DNA of 64,000 nt, taken from the IMG/VR virus record IMGVR_UViG_3300009093_000005, one strand, 5' to 3'. This document shows, in pieces, positions 37,321 through 46,649 of the stretch. Source of the stretch: a virus. The notes under the pieces were generated by a model. It saw nothing but the letters and a program-made list of their open reading frames with translations. It was not told where the DNA came from and made no database searches. The position numbers and the translations under genes are program-made. Position 1 is the stretch's first letter. Every line of letters begins with the position of its first letter.

Positions 37321-38828
37321 ACGGTCAAAGGTCGTCCGTCAATTACGTGATCAGCAATGGCATCCTTCATGGCCAAGTTAGCAATCACATCTTCGTCGAT
37401 CGTATCCTCTGCGATGATGTCGATGTATGTTACTTTGCTCGTCGTTCCGATCCGGTGGTTGCGGTCTTCGGACTGCGCTCGAATGTCGTTGTCGAAGTCG
37501 CAAGAATAATAAATGGAGTATGACGCCGCCGTCAGCGTCAAACCGGCATACGCGGCCTTGTTGCAAACGAACACGTCAGCGCGCCCTTCTTGCAAATCAT
37601 CCACAGCCCGGTCTCGATCGCTCTTGCCGTCCTTTCCTGGCTTGTCACTGACGCCGCCGTGGTACTCGACACACCGCAGCCCAAGTTCCGTCAGCGCGGC
37701 GACTATCTGGCGAATTTCCTCGCGGTAGATCGCCCAGACGATGAACGGGCCTTCGATATCGTCCACTACATCCAGGAAAAGTTCCATGCGCGGGTTCTTG
37801 TCCTGTGCAATGAGCTCAGGCTCGCCATACACGTTTACGAATCCGGATGTGACTTGCTTCATTTTCGAGCGTGCCGCGATGGCTTGCAGCGAGATGGAGC
37901 CGTGCGCCTTGCTGACGTACTCGTGCTCAGATTTGAGATTGTCGTAAATCTTGCGCGCCTCGTCAGTCAACTGAAACCGTTTTTGGACATAAATCTTCGG
38001 CGGAAGGTCCAAGCACTCATCCTTTCGAATTCGATAAATGTGCGGCTGTAGCATCTCCCGGAGCCGGTCCAAATTCTTGTATTTCTTGTTGCCGTTGTCA
38101 TCCGTCTCGATGATCTGAGCGAATGCCGCCTTTGGTCCCATTTTGCGAATCAACCCTTGCATCTTCGGAGAGCGCGGATCAAGCAACACAGCATATTCTG
38201 CGACAAAAGCTCGGTAAGACTTTGTGCCCAGCAGCCCTTCCTTCAGGAAGTCGAATTGACTGAACAGGTCCATTGGCGATTTCGTCAGCGGCTTGCCGGA
38301 CAAAATTCTTCGAGCCTCGGCGAATCGGCCAGACTTAATGACATATTTTGTCCGCTTCGAGTCCGGGTTGCCGATCTTCTTGGACTCGTCCACAGCTGCG
38401 ATGACCTTGAAGCCTTGTATGAACGCATCTGCCGTTTCCCGCCCGGCCTCCTGAAGCATCGCCTCGAAGTTCATCGTGAAGACGCGCAGCACGCGGCCGG
38501 TCCTAGATTCTGGCGCCATCAGCCGCGCCAACCCGTCCTTTTGCTTCTTGGTCTTCACCGGGCCTGACCAAGCGTACGCAACATACGGAACGTCCAGGTG
38601 CTTCGGAAGCTCGCGCAAAACCCAGTTCGTGTGCACGCCTTTGGGCGCCCAAATCATCAGCCCGTCAATCTTCCCGACCAACCAAGCTCGAACGGCATCG
38701 GCCAAAGTCATCCAAGACTTTCCAGTGCCTTGCTCGGCGAATATGGCGAAATTACGCTTTCCAAAAGACGCATCCAGATATGCCAATTGATGCGCCATGC
38801 CTTTTGTTTTAATTCCTGGTGTTTTCAT
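37317..38828 (-). CDS. SNF2/SF2 DNA helicase
   Basis: EQGTGKS, VDESKKI, LSGKP...PMDLFSQFDFL, GLTLTAA, QSEDRNHRIG. Confidence 0.9.
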   Translation of the reverse strand: MKTPGIKTKGMAHQLAYLDASFGKRNFAIFAEQGTGKSWMTLADAVRAWLVGKIDGLMIWAPKGVHTNWVLRELPKHLDVPYVAYAWSGPVKTKKQKDGLARLMAPESRTGRVLRVFTMNFEAMLQEAGRETADAFIQGFKVIAAVDESKKIGNPDSKRTKYVIKSGRFAEARRILSGKPLTKSPMDLFSQFDFLKEGLLGTKSYRAFVAEYAVLLDPRSPKMQGLIRKMGPKAAFAQIIETDDNGNKKYKNLDRLREMLQPHIYRIRKDECLDLPPKIYVQKRFQLTDEARKIYDNLKSEHEYVSKAHGSISLQAIAARSKMKQVTSGFVNVYGEPELIAQDKNPRMELFLDVVDDIEGPFIVWAIYREEIRQIVAALTELGLRCVEYHGGVSDKPGKDGKSDRDRAVDDLQEGRADVFVCNKAAYAGLTLTAASYSIYYSCDFDNDIRAQSEDRNHRIGTTSKVTYIDIIAEDTIDEDVIANLAMKDAIADHVIDGRPLTV

Positions 38829-39232
38829 CTGGATTCCAAATATCCAATGATCTCTTGTTTCCCGACTGAGACGGCCCCGGTCTCGATCTCGTCGCGCGTC
38901 AGGTCTTTCAAGTCACACGCGGGGTCAAGCAGGAAATAATCCAACCCGACACGGAGGAGAACGAATGCGTGACCTCCCCAATTGATCCAATCGCGACCGA
39001 ACGCCAACTGGCCGGCCTCGAAGGCCGTGCGCAGCGGCTTCGTCGTGGCACGAACCGGCCAGCAATCGAGCGCTTTGTTCTCGATCCAAATCGTTGCGCC
39101 GCGTCGATTTTGAACGATGACATCAGGAATGCCATCACTGTAAAGATTCTCTATGCGGATGCACTTGAGGCTCTTCGGATCGATCGCCTTTGAGAATGTG
39201 TCCCAGCTGCGCTGCTCTTTCGTCCTGGCCAT
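38825..39232 (-). CDS. VRR-NUC/PD-(D/E)xK nuclease (resolvase-like)
   Basis: RIEN...GIPDV.......WIENK. Confidence 0.75.
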   Translation of the reverse strand: MARTKEQRSWDTFSKAIDPKSLKCIRIENLYSDGIPDVIVQNRRGATIWIENKALDCWPVRATTKPLRTAFEAGQLAFGRDWINWGGHAFVLLRVGLDYFLLDPACDLKDLTRDEIETGAVSVGKQEIIGYLESR

Positions 39233-39474
39233 CAGTCCCTCTCCAGCGCATCCAGCAGCACGGCATACTTGTCCATCATGTCGATGTAGACGGTTAAGCC
39301 GCCCATAGCGAGGAGGACGGCGTATTTCTGGTGCACGTCGATGGCCAAATTGCGAAGCTCTTCATCCTCGCATCCAATGAAGAACCCGACGTTCTTTCCG
39401 ACCGTCTCCAAAGTCGATTTGGTCGAAGAGCGAAGAGCGCTATTCTGCTTGCGGAGTAATTCGCCGACTGTCAT
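39232..39474 (-). CDS. Hypothetical protein
   Basis: ATGA-coupled to polymerase stop; 80 aa. Confidence 0.6.
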   Translation of the reverse strand: MTVGELLRKQNSALRSSTKSTLETVGKNVGFFIGCEDEELRNLAIDVHQKYAVLLAMGGLTVYIDMMDKYAVLLDALERD

Positions 39475-42353
39475 TGCTGGCCCCTGTCGAGTCCGACGAT
39501 CTCGCCATCGCGAGTCACCGGCTGCCACTTGGTGATATTGACAATGTTCTTAACAATGAACATATCAATGCCTTGAATCTTCCAACCGCGAATCATAAAC
39601 CAATCGCCTGTCTGCGCTGTTTCAGCGATTGGTTTCCCCATTTCAAGGTACTTATCCGGGCGGATGCGGAATCGCATTGGGGAATCGGCAGAGTCATCGA
39701 CGCACATTAAATCGATGAATTGCGTTTGGCCTTTCATGACCTTTCCGCCACGCTTTTTGATCCGGATCGCTTCATTTTCGTCGGCGAGGATTTTCTTCGT
39801 CAGTTTGCCGAATATGACGCCTTCCTCCCGATCGGACACATCTTTCATGTTGTGAATTCGATCGCCAGGGCGCACCCCAATCAAGCGCGGCCGATCGTAT
39901 GCCCAACCCCATTTTGTGTGCGCTTCTTGCAAGTCGGCAAACTGGACTTCGGCGGCAGCGAGTTTGTCCTTTTCCTTTTGCGTCAGAGTGCCGGCTGCGC
40001 GCTTTTGGACGTAGGACAGGGCCTTTACAGCGCCATACCCCTTCGCATTCATGATGCCGCCGATCAGGCGTCCGTCCGCCACCGTCCAGTTCATCTCCGA
40101 ATGATCTGGATCGATCGGAGTGTAAGCGACACCTTCTTTCGCCAATTCCCGCAAGATGGCGATTGTTTGTTCATCATCCTTAGCCGCGCGGAGGCAAGCT
40201 GCCGCAAATTCGAGTTTGTGATAACGCTTGAGCCAGCACGTCCAATAAGTAACGACAGCGTAGCTGACTGAGTGAGACTTGTTGAAGCCCCACGAACCGA
40301 ACGTGACCATCTCCTGCCAGATTTTCTTCGCCTGGTCGACTGGAACTCCCTGACTCGTCGCGCCAGCAACGAAGTCCTCGCCCATTTTGTTGAAGTACTC
40401 CTCACCTTTTCTCCCTGACATGGCCTTTCGGACTGCCGAAGTCTTCACCCAATCGAACAGACCGATTTCCTTAACCACGGACATGATCTGCTCTTGGTAC
40501 AGGAAAACGCCGTAGGTGTCCTTTAGGTACTTCTCCAGCTGCGGCACATCGTACCTTACCGGCTCCGATCCGGAGGCCCGCGCGATGTATTTCTGTGCCA
40601 TTCCGGACGCTAACGGCCCTGGTCGCGCGAGTGCCGTTAGGTTGTCGATCTTCGAGAAGCGATCGACGGTCACCGAGCGCGTCACCGAGCGAACGGCATC
40701 GCCTTCGAACTGAAATATGCCAGAGACCTTGTCATCGTTCAGGACTTGGAACACTTCAGGATCGTCCAACCGAAGTGAGTAAAGCTCGTCGGCCGTAACG
40801 GCGTGGCAATCCTCGATGATGCCGAGCGTTCGCAGTCCGAGTGCATCGATCTTCAGCAAGTTGAGATATTCACTGTCAGGCTTGTCGATTTGCGCAACGC
40901 CTTCATCGGTCACCGTGCAGTAGTCAGAGACCGGATCATTACAAACAAGGATGCCGGCCGCGTGCACGCCTGTGTGCGACGGGTGGATTTCGAGATCACC
41001 CATGCACTTTGCTGCTTCCGGATAACGGTCACGGAACTCCTGCCCAGGAGTGGTGTTTGCAAACGTATCCTCCAGGCCCTTGCCGTAACGAGCATCACCT
41101 GAAGAGTATTCAATAAGAGCATTTCGAACCTTGGCGACTTCGTTGAATTCGATGCCGAACTTTTTGCGCACCTGCTCCATCACACTCGCGGCTTTGAGCG
41201 TGTTGATGTTGCCGAGCTTGGCCACATTTCGGATGCCGTACTTCTCACGCAGATATTCGAACACTAGGTGGCGCTTCGTGTCAGCAAAATCGATGTCGAT
41301 GTCCGGAAGATCAGCGCGACTGACGTCAATGAACCGCTGGAAAAGAAGATCGTGCGGCAAGGGGTCAACCTCGGTGATGCCCAGTAGATAGCACACCAAG
41401 GAACCGGCCGACGAGCCACGAGCCGGCCCGACCAGCATGTGCCTTTTTGCGTATTGGACAAGGTCAGCCACAACCAGAAAGTAAGAGTCAAACTTTTTCG
41501 CTTGAATCTGTTCAATCTCCATGTTGAACCGATCTTCATAGGTCTGAGTCCATTCATTAATATGGCCGCGCTGAAGACGACTAACCTGGCCTTCTCTGGC
41601 TAGCGCGACAAGATCGCCTTCCAGGTGGATGAGCGGAGCCTTTTGGAGCGTGACTTGTTCCAGAGAAACTGCAACGCTGTGAGTATTATCGCAGGCCGAG
41701 TCAAATTCTGTCCGCGTCATCACGTGCCGAAGCACGCTCCAAAGTTCAGGCTCACTCGCTATATGTCGCATTCCAACTGAATCGCGAACCTCCCAAGCAT
41801 AGGCGAACGGTCGATGCTTAACATCAGGGAGATCGTTGTAGCTGGTGATGACCATCGGCTTCTCGACGCGACGAGCCAATTCAACTGATCTCGACGCGTG
41901 CAAGAATGAAGACGGGTTCACGTCCACGAAATCGTACGCTTCCGGTGGCAAGGAGAGCGCGCCTCCTGCGAAACGATACACTCCGTTTCCTTCGCCTGCG
42001 GCCGCGAGTTCGCTCGCGTCCAGGCCTCCGCGCTGTACGCACCGGGTCGTCAGGTTGTAGAACTTACGCGTGTCCTTAGCGAGCAGCCAGGCGACGGGTT
42101 TGGTCTTGTTCGGTTGCCCATCCTCGCCGTAGCTGATCACCGGAACTTCCATTCCGAACATCGGCTTGAGGCTCTTCTTTAGCATCGCCTGATCCCAGCG
42201 GCAATGCCCCCAAGTCCCACGGTCGACGAGCGCGGCCGATTGGACTCCGAGCTCAACCAGCCGGTCGATGATTTCGTTGTGCCGGCCGTACGCCTCGCGA
42301 TAGCTGTATCCAGACCGAACACGCAGCTGCGGAATCGTATTATTCTGGCTCAT
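39471..42353 (-). CDS. dnaE: DNA polymerase III alpha-like (family C) polymerase
   Basis: GPARGSSAGSLVCY.LGIT.VDP, RADLPDIDIDF, HAAG, LLKIDALGL, IFQFEG, YQEQIM, GFNKSHS. Confidence 0.95.
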   Translation of the reverse strand: MSQNNTIPQLRVRSGYSYREAYGRHNEIIDRLVELGVQSAALVDRGTWGHCRWDQAMLKKSLKPMFGMEVPVISYGEDGQPNKTKPVAWLLAKDTRKFYNLTTRCVQRGGLDASELAAAGEGNGVYRFAGGALSLPPEAYDFVDVNPSSFLHASRSVELARRVEKPMVITSYNDLPDVKHRPFAYAWEVRDSVGMRHIASEPELWSVLRHVMTRTEFDSACDNTHSVAVSLEQVTLQKAPLIHLEGDLVALAREGQVSRLQRGHINEWTQTYEDRFNMEIEQIQAKKFDSYFLVVADLVQYAKRHMLVGPARGSSAGSLVCYLLGITEVDPLPHDLLFQRFIDVSRADLPDIDIDFADTKRHLVFEYLREKYGIRNVAKLGNINTLKAASVMEQVRKKFGIEFNEVAKVRNALIEYSSGDARYGKGLEDTFANTTPGQEFRDRYPEAAKCMGDLEIHPSHTGVHAAGILVCNDPVSDYCTVTDEGVAQIDKPDSEYLNLLKIDALGLRTLGIIEDCHAVTADELYSLRLDDPEVFQVLNDDKVSGIFQFEGDAVRSVTRSVTVDRFSKIDNLTALARPGPLASGMAQKYIARASGSEPVRYDVPQLEKYLKDTYGVFLYQEQIMSVVKEIGLFDWVKTSAVRKAMSGRKGEEYFNKMGEDFVAGATSQGVPVDQAKKIWQEMVTFGSWGFNKSHSVSYAVVTYWTCWLKRYHKLEFAAACLRAAKDDEQTIAILRELAKEGVAYTPIDPDHSEMNWTVADGRLIGGIMNAKGYGAVKALSYVQKRAAGTLTQKEKDKLAAAEVQFADLQEAHTKWGWAYDRPRLIGVRPGDRIHNMKDVSDREEGVIFGKLTKKILADENEAIRIKKRGGKVMKGQTQFIDLMCVDDSADSPMRFRIRPDKYLEMGKPIAETAQTGDWFMIRGWKIQGIDMFIVKNIVNITKWQPVTRDGEIVGLDRGQQ

Positions 42354-42928
42354 TCAGACTCCTTGAATATCTCATAGATGCGAAGCTCTTGGCAGATTTC
42401 ATGCAGCAACTTCACGTCGTCCAGCGCTCTGTGCTTTTGCACGTACGGGCCTCGAAGCCTCGTGTATAAGTCCTGCAAACGTTGACGCTTATTGAACTCG
42501 TGGAACGTTTGCTCAACCGTGCAAATCTCGATTGCCGCACACTCATTGAAGTTGCCACGTTTCACGCACCAATCAATGTCGGACAACGTCAACCCGATTC
42601 GCTTCAAATCGAATTCGAGCATGCCTTTATCGAAAGAAAGATTGTGTGCGATTCTGCCCACTGCTCGACTAAAGAACATCTGCAGGCCGTTTGCGAATGC
42701 GGAGAAGGGCGGCTTGTCCACTAAATCCTCATTCCTCAGACCGGTGATATCGGTGATGATCTGCTCGATCTGGACGCCTGGGTTGCAAATGAACTCTAGC
42801 GTGTCGATGATCTCTACACCGTCCGTGATCAACCCGCCAAATTCAATGATCCTGGGCTGGGAATCGAGCGGCGCGTCCGGATGGAATGGGAGCCCTGTGG
42901 TTTCCGTATCGAACACAGCAAATAGCAT
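42350..42928 (-). CDS. DEDDh 3'-5' exonuclease (epsilon-like)
   Basis: VFDTETTG, IAHNLSFD, HRALDD; overlaps the polymerase start. Confidence 0.9.
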   Translation of the reverse strand: MLFAVFDTETTGLPFHPDAPLDSQPRIIEFGGLITDGVEIIDTLEFICNPGVQIEQIITDITGLRNEDLVDKPPFSAFANGLQMFFSRAVGRIAHNLSFDKGMLEFDLKRIGLTLSDIDWCVKRGNFNECAAIEICTVEQTFHEFNKRQRLQDLYTRLRGPYVQKHRALDDVKLLHEICQELRIYEIFKESE

Positions 42929-43197
42929 CAACGACTCCTGTTTATCGATCGGTTTATCTGGCGAACGCTGCGAGAGATTCGATTGCTGGAGTTCTTCACT
43001 TGCAGCACGAGCTTCGAATCATCTGCATAGTCTTGCCATTTCTTGAACCACTGCCGATTGGCTCTTCTGAGGCTCCTTATGCACACCTTCTTTCCAATCG
43101 GATCGCCATAAGAATTGATTATTCCAATGGATTCGCCAAACTGTTCACCATCAGTGTAATCACGGCGCAATGCCCTGCGCTCCAATGCCTTTCTCAT
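42928..43197 (-). CDS. Hypothetical basic protein
   Basis: GGAG-ATG 43197; TGATG coupling to the exonuclease. Confidence 0.55.
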   Translation of the reverse strand: MRKALERRALRRDYTDGEQFGESIGIINSYGDPIGKKVCIRSLRRANRQWFKKWQDYADDSKLVLQVKNSSNRISRSVRQINRSINRSR

Positions 43198-43216
43198 TTC
43201 TTTCTCCGATATGAAT

Positions 43217-43350
43217 ACGCCGCGACGAGCGCGGCGTGCAAACGGGTTACGGCCGAGTGCCAAGGCCAGACCTACAACGGACGGTCGGCTTTTGGCTTGT
43301 CCACTCTTGTAGGTTGCGCCCCTTGGCTGTCTTTAAGAGACGGGGCGCCC
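43217..43350 (-). other. Structured intergenic RNA segment
   Basis: Nested stems 43259-65/43321-27, 43270-77/43307-14, 43279-82/43299-302 plus hairpin 43217-24/43230-37. Confidence 0.55.
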
Positions 43351-43355
43351 CTATT

Positions 43356-43901
43356 TTATGCGTTGCCGTTGTACGGAAGTCGCACAATGAACTTCAGGTC
43401 CACTCCGATGAGATGTCGCGTGTCATAGATGACATACTTGTATCGGCGCGAATCCTTGATTACCGGATTGGTGTGCGAAGTGGTATGAACGCGCTGCGCG
43501 ATCGGAATCTGGAATTCACGCATAACGACATCGAACTCTTGAAGCTGCTCTTCGGTCACGTGCATTCCGAGATGGCTGACTGCACCTTCAGAGGCCACAG
43601 CACCTTCCTCGATTTGCTCGTCCATCCAGTTCGGGCCATCCGTGTAAGCCAGAACCTCAAGCTCCAGCGGCTTGTATCCCAACGCCATGTTCGTTGGACC
43701 GCTGGCGAAGAACTCGCCATTGCCGGCCTGATAGTTGAACGCCAGGTGCGCCTCGTTCTCACCAGGCTCTCCGAAGACTTCCCCATGGGCTTTCACGGTG
43801 TCGTGGTGCCACTCGTTCAAGCCGAGCTTGGCGAGAAATGACCGCGCTGTCGATCCGTTGACAGGGTAAAGCGCGATTTGTTCGATTTTGAATTGCAGCA
43901 T
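43356..43901 (-). CDS. VOC/glyoxalase (epimerase-like) fold protein
   Basis: IEQIAL, LELEVL, SHLGMHV, Y..YDT...IG..L.FI metal-ligand pattern of the VOC superfamily. Confidence 0.6.
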   Translation of the reverse strand: MLQFKIEQIALYPVNGSTARSFLAKLGLNEWHHDTVKAHGEVFGEPGENEAHLAFNYQAGNGEFFASGPTNMALGYKPLELEVLAYTDGPNWMDEQIEEGAVASEGAVSHLGMHVTEEQLQEFDVVMREFQIPIAQRVHTTSHTNPVIKDSRRYKYVIYDTRHLIGVDLKFIVRLPYNGNA

Positions 43902-43930
43902 GCTATTCCTTTAACTGTGATACGAAATGT

Positions 43931-44146
43931 TTACTCGCCCGCGTCAGGGTCCGGTTCGTGTTGCACGGCGTCTTCCGATTCGACCATCGCCTGACCAAGC
44001 AGCCAAGTCAACGACGCGGCCGATTGCGTCTTCGAGTCGGCATTCACCAACTCAAGGAATCGCAGGATAACAACAGCCGCATTCGGATCGGAGATGGCCA
44101 AATCGGTTGCCGCGTCCTTCAGGTCTTCGATTTGTTCGGAGTTCAT
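43931..44146 (-). CDS. Small acidic hypothetical protein
   Basis: 71 aa between SDR and VOC genes. Confidence 0.6.
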   Translation of the reverse strand: MNSEQIEDLKDAATDLAISDPNAAVVILRFLELVNADSKTQSAASLTWLLGQAMVESEDAVQHEPDPDAGE

Positions 44147-44152
44147 CCGTGG

Positions 44153-44833
44153 TTACTTCCCGAAAGGAATATCACAACCAGACATATACTTGTACTGTCC
44201 AGTTGTGACTAGGTTGGAAATGAAGTTGGCCACGTCGCGCGGTTCCGTTTCAAGACCGTGCATGAGAGCCTTCTTTTGGTACTCGGCGGCGTACTCCGGC
44301 GTCCAGCCGCGAACGCGGACAACGTCCGACTCGATTTGCCTGGACATATTCGTGCCGCGAAGCTTGTTCGGCGACACACTGAGGACGGTGATGCCGTGCC
44401 TCGGCGTAAGCTCATGGGCCATTTGCTTCGTGATCATCAACGCAGCCGCCTTGCTGGCATTATAAGCCAAGCTCGCAGTCATCGGAATGTGCGCAGCGTT
44501 GGACACGATGTTGATGACGAATCCTTTCGACTTCTTGAGGCCTTCCAAGACGCCTTGAGTCATGTAGACAAAGCTAAATGCGTTCGTAGTCATGACTTGT
44601 TGAAGCTTGAACGGGCTGATGTCCTCGAACCAAGCGTTGTGGTTGATTCCGGCGCAGTTGATCAAACCGTCCAACCCTTTTTCAGAGACTGCGCGCAAGT
44701 ATTCGAAGTCAGGGTCGCAGACATCTTGCTTGAGCGCTTTGTCGAACGGAATTACATCGTGTCCATCTTTGCTGAGTGAATGGGCGATGGCTAATCCGAG
44801 ACCGCTGTTCGAGCCAGTGACGAGGATTCGCAT
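44153..44833 (-). CDS. Short-chain dehydrogenase/reductase (SDR)
   Basis: TGSNSGLG Rossmann motif, LINCAGI, catalytic S and YNASK. Confidence 0.9.
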   Translation of the reverse strand: MRILVTGSNSGLGLAIAHSLSKDGHDVIPFDKALKQDVCDPDFEYLRAVSEKGLDGLINCAGINHNAWFEDISPFKLQQVMTTNAFSFVYMTQGVLEGLKKSKGFVINIVSNAAHIPMTASLAYNASKAAALMITKQMAHELTPRHGITVLSVSPNKLRGTNMSRQIESDVVRVRGWTPEYAAEYQKKALMHGLETEPRDVANFISNLVTTGQYKYMSGCDIPFGK

Positions 44834-45198
44834 CAGTGCACCTCAATGTTGTGGTTTGCGATTACGTTCTCGCACATCGCGGCATACACAGCCGCGTCGC
44901 GAATCGAATCGACGTGCTTCAGACCGCTGTTGGCGAACCGCGTCAGCTTCACCACCAAAAGCTCGAACAGGTGATAGAAGTGGTGATCGGACTCGGTCCG
45001 GATCGTTACGCCGTCCGGGAAGAAGGCGCGCATTACGTCACCTACGTTCCTTGCGTTGTCCTTGTAGACGGCGTTGCGCTCCTCGAACAGCCGCGCCGCG
45101 TCTGTCAGGATGTGCGCAGCGGTCTTCGGTTGCTGGAGCGTGCCGAAGCATTCGCCACTTACAATGGTTGGACCGGACGGGCTGTAACTGAAAGGCAA
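44833..45198 (-). CDS. Nmad1/DUF6378-like all-alpha nucleotide pyrophosphatase-type protein
   Basis: EERNAVY, VKLTRF, HVDSIRDAAVYAAM; start codon uncertain (TTG). Confidence 0.6.
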   Translation of the reverse strand: MPFSYSPSGPTIVSGECFGTLQQPKTAAHILTDAARLFEERNAVYKDNARNVGDVMRAFFPDGVTIRTESDHHFYHLFELLVVKLTRFANSGLKHVDSIRDAAVYAAMCENVIANHNIEVH

Positions 45199-45705
45199 TT
45201 AATATAATAGCACACCTTCAGAGTTGAGCAAGTAAGACTGATAACCCTCGCCATGCCACATAGCAGCAATGTCAATTCTGTCGTCACAAGCTGATACGAC
45301 TTTACGCCCAGACTCCTTGGAGTATTGACGAACGAATGCAGCCTGTTCTTTTTTGACATCCAGCGCGCTACGGTTGTCGCCGTCTTGCCTCATGATCAGG
45401 AGGTAATCATCTTGCGCTTGAATGCCGAAATACTTGCTGATCCAAGCGACCGTTTTATCGGCCACCTTGAATGGACGAGCGGTGCAAAAGATGATGAATC
45501 TGCCTTCATCGATGTGGCCATTTAGGTTCGCTTGACCGATGGGGAGAGGAACATCATTGCCGCACGCATCGTGATAGGCGGCGTATTGGGCGCTGTCGCT
45601 CGCCCCTTCGGGAACCATGGACCGTCTGAGCCTATCATCGCTGACGCATCCGTCAAGATCGAAGATGGCGATTTCATCGATCAAGGACCGTTTATTTTTG
45701 CTCAT
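45199..45705 (-). CDS. HAD-superfamily phosphatase
   Basis: IFDLDG, TARP, MR..GD, DDR; start reassigned to GGAG-ATG 45705. Confidence 0.8.
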   Translation of the reverse strand: MSKNKRSLIDEIAIFDLDGCVSDDRLRRSMVPEGASDSAQYAAYHDACGNDVPLPIGQANLNGHIDEGRFIIFCTARPFKVADKTVAWISKYFGIQAQDDYLLIMRQDGDNRSALDVKKEQAAFVRQYSKESGRKVVSACDDRIDIAAMWHGEGYQSYLLNSEGVLLY

Positions 45706-45733
45706 TGAATTTAACTCCAGATTGATACAACTA

Positions 45734-46579
45734 TTACATTGACTTCCCGTTCTTTGCGACCGGATTGGCCTGCGCGATCTCCTCTCGACTCCAAAATGAA
45801 ATTCGAAGCGCTTCCTTCTGTTTAGACAAGTCCATCCATGGACGGAAGTGAGGGCATTGGTGAATAGCGAATCCGTTCGCATCTTCGATCTCAGCGCCGC
45901 CCCAACGCGGAAAAGCGCACTGACCGGTTGCGACGCACGCGACTTGCAGAAGAGGATCGGCCCAAGGATGGACTTCTAAGACGGCCTCGCGGATCAGGCG
46001 AAACACTTGCTGGTATTCGCCCTGAGTTCTGGCGCAAAGCCGCACCTTGGCCATATCCGAAAGCGTTCGAAGGTTGAACTTCGCATCAATCGTCGTTGGC
46101 ATGTTGGTCGGAAGGATTGCGCGAGCGTCTTGGAGCGCGGCGCCAGCAGTGATCAATTCTTGATACGCAGCGTTCGCGCCTGCAATCGCATCATCCCAGG
46201 TCTCTGCCAGCCGAACCTGGACGCGATCATCCTCATTCATACCGAGCGTGCTTCCGTTCCAGTGATCAGGATATGAAAGCGCTTCAGGCCGAATCGTCTC
46301 GAACACATTCACTTCCAGCGCGCGGCTTGTCTCTTGCTGATACGCGCCGGTCCTAGTGCGGACGAGTTGGTGTGTGAAGTTCTTGCTGACGCCTTCGATG
46401 TGAAAGATGTAGTCGACGAACTCGAACGGCGACTTGATCGTGTCGAGCATGTACTGAAAATGCTCATACAGTTCGGCGTCCGACATCTCTTCAGGCGACT
46501 TGCCGCGCATGCGCGTGGTCTTCGTTCCGACAAGAAGCTCCAGAGCGTTCGGAGTGTGTCGGATAAGCGTTACTTTCAT
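45734..46579 (-). CDS. thyX: ThyX-like flavin-dependent thymidylate synthase homologue with altered active-site motif
   Basis: PFEF....F.IEGVS..FTHQLVR, DARAILP, NLR.L; signature RTR-x7-T instead of RHR-x7-S. Confidence 0.8.
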   Translation of the reverse strand: MKVTLIRHTPNALELLVGTKTTRMRGKSPEEMSDAELYEHFQYMLDTIKSPFEFVDYIFHIEGVSKNFTHQLVRTRTGAYQQETSRALEVNVFETIRPEALSYPDHWNGSTLGMNEDDRVQVRLAETWDDAIAGANAAYQELITAGAALQDARAILPTNMPTTIDAKFNLRTLSDMAKVRLCARTQGEYQQVFRLIREAVLEVHPWADPLLQVACVATGQCAFPRWGGAEIEDANGFAIHQCPHFRPWMDLSKQKEALRISFWSREEIAQANPVAKNGKSM

Positions 46580-46617
46580 TCTGATTCCTTTCTGTGCGAG
46601 GCGAATTCGGAGCGCCT

Positions 46618-46626
46618 ATATTAGCA
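46618..46626 (-). promoter_or_regulatory. Possible extended -10 promoter TGCTAATAT upstream of the ThyX-like gene
   Basis: TGn plus TAATAT in the 70-nt intergenic gap; no convincing -35. Confidence 0.3.
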
Positions 46627-46649
46627 CGCTCTCTTGTGCAAAAAGACGA

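Noticed and set aside
45204-45212. Extended -10 TGCTATTAT on the minus strand
   Set aside because: Predicted start would coincide with the TTG start codon of the next gene, and the motif lies in the last codons of the HAD gene; may be coincidental
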